A stretch of 64,000 nucleotides of DNA from contig NC_043000.1 in the NCBI RefSeq assembly GCF_006345805.1, forward strand, positions 5,332,001 to 5,396,000, given 5' to 3'. Within the stretch, counting starts at the first letter, position 1. Each line of letters opens with the position of its first letter. The translations under genes and the position numbers were made by a program. A model generated the notes under the pieces. That model did not search any database. It saw only the letters and a program-made list of their open reading frames with translations, and was not told the origin of the DNA. This document shows positions 53,827 through 64,000 of the stretch, one piece after another. This DNA comes from Octopus sinensis. Its lineage: Eukaryota.

Positions 53827-53871
53827 TGATGATGATAATAATAATATTAATAATAATAAAAACAACAACAA

Positions 53872-54030
53872 CAACATCGAAAAATACCTTAGGAATGAGA
53901 AACGAGGTTCGAAATTTCCCCAAGACACCTGATGAAGGCTGGAAGTATATCAGCCGAAACGTTGTGTTAACAACAAACAAGATGAGGAGAAATATCCGTA
54001 AAAAGTAAATAATGTAAATAATGTAAATAA
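53872..54030 (+). mobile_element. Body P2, second copy
   Basis: Preceded by (AAT)n(AAC)n-ATCGAAAAATA, the same junction as the minus copy. Confidence 0.75.
53924..53968 (+). ncRNA. Minimal type I hammerhead ribozyme motif
   Basis: GACAC CTGATGA A GGCTG-9nt-CAGCC GAAAC GTT GTGTT: stem I 5 bp, stem II 5 bp, loopless palindromic ACGT stem III, GUU site. Confidence 0.7.
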
Positions 54031-54547
54031 CGTTGTTGTTGTGAAGGTGTGTTTTTATTTGTTCTTTGATTTCAGATGAACCTTGACAAGCCTGGGTTAC
54101 AATTAACATCGTTCCACACATGACCATACAGTTTTATATACATGTGTGTGTGTATGTATGTGAGAAGCAGAGAGAGAGAGAGAATGTGTGTTCATGTGTG
54201 TGTGTGTGTATTATTCAATATATCCTTTATTTACGACAGTTCGGCTGAATTTTGTAACTCTTCATCTAATCGTCCTAATAATTCCATTCTGTAAGTTATT
54301 TTTAAGAATGCAACTTCGGTAACGACACCAGTTTGGCCACCAAAAAACAAAACAAAAATTACAGAAGTGCACCTAAACGAAATCCTACAATTCTAAGCAA
54401 TGTTACATGGTCACATAAGTCCCCAGGGAGAGTTACATTTACCATCTTGTATATGATTGCTGATCATGCGGTTCTCTCCTTTTCTTCATTTTTTAATTTT
54501 TTTTTTTTGCCAGCGAGAAAAACTGTGTTGACATATACCATATGTAA

Positions 54548-54945
54548 TCTTTATATATAAAAGAGAAGTTGTGTGTCTGTCTCCTACGATTTAGATTCCT
54601 AACTACTCCCACATTTTGCGGTGCAGTTTAACCAAAACCGGGTATCTTATAGTCGTGATTCATATCGAGCCCTTCTGGGTATTAGCGCGCGTCTACGATG
54701 AGTCTACGATTTTAAAAAGATTTACCATCATTTTTTTCCATTTTAATTAATTTTTTTCGCTATTATATAAGGGAAGTAACTCTCTAAAAATGTCTACAAT
54801 GAGTCAACAATTTTTAAAAAAAAATACCATCATTTTTTTTCCATTTTTAATGAATTTTTTTGCTATTTTTTGGCTATAACTCTCTAAAAATGCTTATATA
54901 GTTATTTCCCTTACAAACCCGAGCAACGCCGGGCGATACTGCTAG
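54548..54945 (+). mobile_element. Non-autonomous Helitron
   Basis: A|TCTTTATATATAAAAG start; CCCGAGCAACGCCGGG hairpin; CTGCTAG|T end. Confidence 0.88.
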
Positions 54946-55005
54946 TATTTCATACAATCAGAAAATTGCTTCTGTAATTTCCCGTTCAGATTTCCCGTTC
55001 ACACA

Positions 55006-55073
<68 letters not shown>

Positions 55074-55465
55074 GTGTGTGTGTGTGCGTGCGAGAGAGAG
55101 AGAGAGAGTGTGTGTTTATTTTGTTTTCCTTCTCTGAGTAAGGGTTTCGAAATATTCTGCAATACTAAATGTTCTGCACCGATAGCCTATTTGCTTTTTA
55201 AAGAATATCAGAAGATGTGAAGTTTACCCTTGCGTAAATACCAATTATTTGGTTGTTCTTTAGCGTTAGGTATTATATTTATTCATTCAGTTATTTATGT
55301 GGTAACACGCTAGTAATAAAAAAAAAAAACTGTTCCGAAGTTTGTAAGAATTATGTCTGATTTATTGATTTTCTTTTAGTCCATTAATATAGTTATTCTT
55401 CCTCGAGCATGTGTGAATTTATTTAGCAAAAGATTATACTCTTGAAGAAAAATAGCCAAAGAATT

Positions 55466-55496
<31 letters not shown>

Positions 55497-56337
55497 CAAA
55501 AAGTGAGAGAGAGAAAGAGAGAGCAAATCGAAGTTACTTGTATATTATTATATCCATATCTGTGGATAGAACTCCTAGTTAGTTGCTGTTCAATATGGAT
55601 GACAAATTCAGTCAATAAACTCTCAATTGTCTTTAAAATGGAGACTACATGCTCTAGGGCCATATCTACAGCAGCACAAATATGATCCCATATAATGTTT
55701 TTGACTCTCATTTTTATCCAATCATTGGCACTTAGTTATAAACCTTACTGAAGACGTTAAATTATATTTTGGCTAAGATAACCCGAATGAAGAATATGAT
55801 TCTCTAGGTGAAACTGAGATTAGAATAACTTAATTTTTTTCGTCCATCGAAGGTCAATAAACTATGAAAAATTTGTGCATTTTTTATACGACGAATTGCC
55901 AACAGCTACGACATAAATGCCTAATTGGTGTTATTTTGATAGTGCAAGCGTTGCACCAAAAAAATATGGTTGGTTGCAAATTGTCTACAATCGAAATTTG
56001 CTGGATAATCTAAAAATTTGAAATTAATGGTGCTGCTTACGGCAGAAACCGTTTATGTCTCATGGGATGTATTCACTTTCTTGAAGAAGGGGTCGGCATA
56101 ATTTTTAGATACAATGAAGAGTCGTCTGAAAATTTAGGTTTCTAAATTCCATTAGTTTTGACATATACTCTCAAAAAATAGATTCCATGTGCTATGATTG
56201 CTAAACATATTTTCTCACTATATTTATGTTATAACGCACAAAATTTCCAAACATTGATTGTAAAATTTCTTTGTATATTTGAAATAAATTCAGTTCGTCA
56301 CCGCAATATATTTCCCAGGGCTTTTACTGGTGCTCCT

Positions 56338-56726
56338 GAGGTGAGCTGGCTAACACAACAGGCGAAATGCTTTGTAGCTTTTCTTCTGGCACTTTATGTC
56401 CTGAGTCCAACTAACCTTTCAGGATCGATGAAATAAGTACCAGTTAAGTATTGAGGTCGATGTAATCGTCTATACCCCTCACCCAAAATTTCAGGCCTTG
56501 TGCCTATTATAGAATGAATTATTATTATTATTATTTAGGGACTCGATGGCGGCGAATTGGCAGAGTCATTAGCACGTAGACAAAAACACTTGACTGCATT
56601 TTGTCTGTTTTTATGTAATGAGTTCAAATTCCGCCTAGGTCCATTTTGCCTTTCATCCTTTCCGGGTCGATAAAATAAGTACCAGCCGAGAACTGGAGTC
56701 GATGTAATCGACTATCTCCCTCCCCA

Positions 56727-56728
<2 letters not shown>
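56338..56728 (+). mobile_element. Two tandem decayed SINE family A copies (56338-56520, 56547-56728)
   Basis: Head, core and short tail in each copy. Confidence 0.75.
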
Positions 56729-56772
<44 letters not shown>

Positions 56773-56801
56773 TAATAATAATAATAATAATAATAATGAT
56801 G

Positions 56802-56846
<45 letters not shown>

Positions 56847-56865
56847 GTAATAATAATAATAATAA

Positions 56866-57240
56866 GACGGTTACAATACCAGTGATTTTAGGAGCACTTG
56901 GGATGATCCAAAAAGGAATTAAAATTATTTAACAATGATCCCTGGCTTACCATCCATGCAAGAAATGCAAAAGATTGTTTTAACTGGAATGTCACACGTA
57001 CTGAGAAGAGCTTTGTCTCCTTTTTCCCCCCTTTATTTTCTTTGTTTACTTTTTCTTTTTAGTTTTTTTCTTTTTTCCTCTTTGCCTTTCTTCTCCTTTT
57101 TCTCTATCACATGACTTTGTAAATGAACAACCTGGTGTGTTTATATTAATGGCCTACCAATGTATTACAATGCGTTTCTCTGCCCTATGAGTCAGGAAGA
57201 CACTCGGCAAGAAATGGAAACAGAATTGAAAGATGATAAT
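56866..57240 (+). mobile_element. 3' end of a Dong-like LINE, same subfamily as 22197-23319
   Basis: VTIPVILGALGMI..KIVLTG.SHVLRRAL remnant; shared 3' UTR ATGGCCTACCAATGTA...GAAGACACTCGGCAAGAAATGGAA; TAA on both sides. Confidence 0.85.
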
Positions 57241-57259
57241 GAAAATAATAATAATAATG

Positions 57260-57352
<93 letters not shown>

Positions 57353-57360
57353 TAATAATA

Positions 57361-58454
57361 ACCACCATTGGACTGCAAAAATATCTACTTCAGAAGGAAG
57401 GAAAACTGATACAAATAGCCGCAAAACACGAGCAAAACAAAAAACTGTTCTCAGTATTTAAGGAAGCTGACAAATACAAACAAGAAATCATACCACCCAA
57501 TAAATATGAAAAAGAAGAAGAAGAAGATGAAGAAACAACAAAAGCTATAAAACAAATGAAATCCAAACTAAAAATAGAACAGCAACGAACCATGATAAAA
57601 CGATGGCAAGAAAAGCCCCTTCATGGTAAATACTGGACTAAACTAAACGCAAAAGAAATAGACAAAGAAAAATCCCAGCAATGGTTGAGAAGCTCAGGAC
57701 TCAAAGGGATTTTTAATTGCAGCACAAGACCAAAGCCTCCCCACCAGAAATTACCAAAAACATGTAATGAAAAGAAATATAACAAGTAACTGCAGAATAT
57801 GTGGAGATGGACAAGAAACAATAAATCATATTATCTCTGGCTGCCCAGTCCCTTCTAAGAAGGAATATATTCACAGACATGACAGAGTTGGTACCTACAT
57901 ACACTGGAAGCTATGCTAACATTATGGAATAACAACAGAAAAAAGATGGTATAGGCACACACCAGAAAAGGTCACAGAAAACGAGAAAGTGACCATACTC
58001 TGGGATATGCCGATACACACAGATAGAGAAATTAAGGCCAACAGACCAGATATAGTTGTCAGGGATCATGAAGAATAAAAATGCTTTCTAATTGATGTAT
58101 CAATACCGGCAGATGATAACGTGTCTCTAAAAGAAATGGAGAAACTTTCAAAATACAAAGACCTGGAAATAGAGGTAACCAGAATGTGGAATCTAAAAAC
58201 AGAAACAATTCCTATCATAGTAGGTGCATTAGGCATGATAAAAAAATATTCAGACAAATGCATAACAAAAACACCAGGACTTACAAACACATATAACATA
58301 CAGAAAATTGCACTACTAGGCACTGCACACATCCTACGCAGAACACTTTCCATACAATAACCATCAGAGCATCACAACAAATCACAGCACATACCCAAGG
58401 CACACAGAGCTGTGCTCGGTAGTGAAGTGAAAGCACACTATAAAAATAAAACTA

Positions 58455-58457
<3 letters not shown>
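57361..58457 (+). mobile_element. 5'-truncated Dong-like LINE, third subfamily, in (TAA)n
   Basis: WQEKPLHGKY, QWLRSSGLK, CRICG..ETINHIISGC, RHDRVG, ANRPDIVV, KLSKYKDL; ORF end 58360. Confidence 0.92.
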
Positions 58458-58552
<95 letters not shown>

Positions 58553-59153
58553 AAGGTCAGCAATTTTGAAGGTAACTAGTGAGTCAATACCATCAACCCC
58601 AGTACTTCTCTGGTACTTTATTTTATCGACCTCGAAACAGGCAATGTTGACCTCGGTGTGATTTGTAGTCGGAACGTAGAGAGCCGGAGAAAATGCCACG
58701 AAGTATTTTGTCCGAAGCGTTAACAATCCCTTTAACTCGCGAACCTAACCTGTTTCAAAAGTTGACACAAGGCCATCAGTTTCGTGGGAAGCGAGTCAGT
58801 CGATTCAGTCGACTTCAGTACTTAATCGTACTTTATTATATCGACCCCGGAGAGTCAAAAGGCAAAAAATTCATATCGGCCGGATTTGAACTCAGGGAGT
58901 AAAGAACTGAAATAGATACCTATTTCTTTACGACCCACAAGGAGCTAAACACAGAGAGGACAAACAAGGACAGACAAACGGATTAAGTCGATTATATCGA
59001 CCCCAGTGCGTAACTGGTACTTAATTCATCGACCCAGAAAGGATGAAAGACAAAGTCGACCTCGGCGGAATTTGAACTCAGAACGTAACGGCAGACAAAA
59101 TACGGTTACGCATTTCGCCCGGGGTGTTAACATTTCTGCCAGCTCGCCGCCTT
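58553..59153 (-). mobile_element. Cluster of three SINE family A copies
   Basis: Cores at ~58610, ~58840 and ~59020; the last is a full copy with long tail. Confidence 0.8.
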
Positions 59154-59879
59154 AAAGAACTGAAATAAATACCTCAAAGCATTTCTTCGGGTTCTCTAAC
59201 GATTCTACCAGGCTCGACAATAATATTGGTTTCAAATTTTGGTTCAATGTCAGCAATTTCGGGGGAGGGGGTAACCGATTACTTCCACTCCAATGTTCAA
59301 CTGCTACATTGAAGCAAGTTGTTTCTATGAATAAATACAGGCTCTCCATCATCACCAATCACGTTATTAAATCTCTGTATTCTTGAAATTGTCGTACAAA
59401 TTGTCATAGAAACGTAACGGCTTTCACTTGAATAACTACCATCTTTAACGGTATCGGTACATTATCATGACTTGAACAACCGGGACAACTTGCTTATCCG
59501 TCTAGTCTGATTGTTAATCCACATCCTCAGAAGCAAAGTAACACATAGCAAGTATCTTGAGAAGTGTTACTGCCTTGAGTCAGAAGAGACCATGGAATAA
59601 TAGTGACTGAGCGGTGGTTTTACACCCTTTAAAACCTTGGAACTTCCGAACTAGGGCCCAGTTGCCGAAATGCTCTTAGCTTAGTTTTTTGGGGTACTGG
59701 CCAGATTGGAGCAATCTCAAGATTAATCAGCCGAAATTGCGAGGATGATCCGGTTCTTGACTGAGGATAGAATGCTTCGAATGATCCATCATTTTTTGTG
59801 TATCGTCTATCTGGATGTTTTGTTGTTGCTTTTTGTATCACCTAGTTGTCCGGATGTTTTGCGTTCTTGTCTCATTTTG

Positions 59880-60812
<933 letters not shown>

Positions 60813-60814
60813 TT

Positions 60815-60850
<36 letters not shown>

Positions 60851-61083
60851 ATATATATATATATATATATACATATATATACATATATATACATACATAT
60901 ATATGCATACATATATACATACATACATACATGCATATATATATATATATGTATGTATGTATGTATGTGTGTGTGTATGTGTGCGCGCGTGTGTGTGTGT
61001 AATTTGGGTACTAAGAAGCACCAGTTATAAAAAACTCCGAAGCCACAGTACTGTGACTTCGGAGTTTTTATGACTCCCATTTT

Positions 61084-61166
<83 letters not shown>

Positions 61167-61416
61167 ATAGATAGGATGATGATGATGATGATAACCAATT
61201 CTATAAGCACTCAGATGGTACGGTGAAAAAGCTACGTATCGCTAACCAAAGTTGGTGAAGGATTTTTTTATTCTACATTCCATCACTGCGAGTTGTGAAA
61301 CTAAATTATATCAGCTTTGGGGTTGTATTTTGATCTTACGTCAACATCGACAAAGTACTAATATCTTCTCTCTCTATTACCATATGAATAGATGTGGAAC
61401 TGTTCACTCCATCTTT

Positions 61417-61464
<48 letters not shown>

Positions 61465-61555
61465 GCACACACACACATACACAAATGCTATACATGTTAG
61501 TGCATATTTCTCTTACTCATCTGTCTGTATGATTACGTGCATGTCTTCTTGTCTG

Positions 61556-61621
<66 letters not shown>

Positions 61622-61642
61622 CATATATAATAATGTATTTCT

Positions 61643-61673
<31 letters not shown>

Positions 61674-61680
61674 CATATAC

Positions 61681-61827
<147 letters not shown>

Positions 61828-62284
61828 TACATATACATATATATATATAAATGTATATATAGATGGCACGTACGCACATACATATCTGCATGCCCAACTA
61901 CCTATTAACATAATTCTTTCAAATCTCCTTCTTTCTCTTTCTCTCTCTCCCTCTCTCTCTCAATCTCTCCCTCCCTTAATAAACACACGCGTGCACACGA
62001 ATGCGTGTGCATGCGTGTGCGTGTGCGACTACCGATATTTATGTGAAATATATATATATATATATATATATACATCTGTAATAATTGAGCAGGTGCAAAG
62101 TGCACACTAACATTCCTTCATTATTCGTACGATGCATGCAAATTCATTTATAGAATTATTTATTCATATCCATGTGTATGCATGTATATATTCAAACACC
62201 CATGAAGACAGATATACAAACAGATTCCCTTTCCCACTGACAACTATGCAACTTCTGCTGTAGGTGCATACGCACCTTAGTATT

Positions 62285-62324
<40 letters not shown>

Positions 62325-62426
62325 TATAGATATATATATATATAATTATTATTATATAAATATATAGAATATATATATTATTATTATTATTTTATTATTA
62401 TTATTATTTATTATTATTATTATCAT

Positions 62427-62464
<38 letters not shown>

Positions 62465-62471
62465 CATACAC

Positions 62472-62510
<39 letters not shown>

Positions 62511-63043
62511 AATATCGGAGTAAACACATAAATGTAAACAAGGTGCAAAAAAGAGTACTCAAATACCAGTGGTAGAGTAATATGCTTTTTTTAAAGCACC
62601 GGAAATTCAACAAAACCTGTTATCTGAGTTTTCCGTTGCCGTTCATCGGACAGTTTTTGCTAGAATGGAACCGATATGTCAATTCTATCCAGACATATAT
62701 ATATAATATAAAATTGGACAAGAACGCAAAACATCCAGACAGCTAGGTGATACAAAAAGGGACAACAAAACATCCAGATAGACGATACAAAGAAAAGCAA
62801 GACGGGTCATTCGGAGTTTTCTTTCTTCAGTCGAGTTCCAGATTATCTTTGAAATTTCGGCTGCTTATACTCGAGATTGCTCCAATCTGGCCAGTCCCAA
62901 GGAAAAAACTAAGCTAGATTCCTTGGAAGAAAGCAGCGACTGTATACGAAACAAGGATGGGGAAAAACGGAGAATGTTACACAAGTACAAATAACAGGAC
63001 ATAACAACAGGTGTTATAAATATATAAATATATATAAATATAC

Positions 63044-63456
<413 letters not shown>

Positions 63457-63465
63457 AAATATATG

Positions 63466-64000
63466 CATGGTGTCCCGAAATTAAGGCAACCGAACTTTCG
63501 GGCTTTTTATAACTATCCATTAATGTGATAAGATATGAAAATTATACATCATTATAAAAGCTTAATGTGTCTTCTTTTTGTTTCAAACTAAATAAATTCA
63601 GATTTATAGATTAGATAATGGCTATAGGTCGAAATGCAATCACAAAACTCCACAAAGGAGGCGAAAGACATACAGCAAAAGTATAAAAAGTTTAAAATTA
63701 ACCGAACAACCGTCCGGAAAATTTTCAAGAAATTTCAAGAGACTGGTTCCACAGCTGATCGAGCTGGACGTGGCCGAAAAAAAATGTGCGGACCCCCCAG
63801 CTTTTCAAATGTACCAGAGAGAAGGGACGTCGAAATCTCGTCGTTCCGTCAGAAAACTGGCTGCCATAGCAAAATTATGTCGAACATCGATGTCTCGGGT
63901 GCTAAAGGATAATCTCAGGATCCATCCCCACAAAATGATCCGCCGTCATGGACTAACACAAGTTTATACGGCCACAAGACTGGATAAAGTCTTCTTATCC
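63466..64000 (+). mobile_element. Tc1/mariner-superfamily transposon, 5' part (runs off the window end)
   Basis: CATGGTGTCCC TIR-like start; from ATG 63618 a frameshifted HTH region ..KFKINRTTVRKIFKKFQETGSTADRAGRGRKK. Confidence 0.8.

Noticed and set aside
55376-55711. ORF KNIIWDHICAAVDMALEH...
   Set aside because: Interrupted by a microsatellite, no recognisable motif and no clear splice sites; a decayed element cannot be excluded.

Overview
AT-rich, repeat-saturated eukaryotic DNA. The SINE and LINE families are consistent with a cephalopod (Octopus-like) genome; this is an inference from family recognition, not a database match. No host protein-coding gene could be confidently identified, and nearly all ORF-track entries are translations of microsatellites. 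Recognisable content: three subfamilies of R4/Dong-like RLE-domain LINEs, all embedded in (TAA)n; two CR1-group LINE 3' fragments; an RTE fragment; a decayed Penelope-like element (RT plus GIY-YIG); Tc1 and mariner remnants and MITEs; a near-complete decayed Chapaev3-like transposase; three non-autonomous Helitrons; a piggyBac-type MITE; a probable solo LTR; and many tRNA-derived SINEs. The most notable unexplained structure is a dense set of minimal type-I hammerhead ribozyme motifs in four sequence contexts. These include a family with a fixed non-canonical CUGUNGA core and a tRNA-headed short element carrying a hammerhead. Long palindromes built from these repeats recur. There is also a Dong-like LINE with a 5' inversion that appears to be primed from its own TAA target. 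There is a 100-N gap at 6276-6375.
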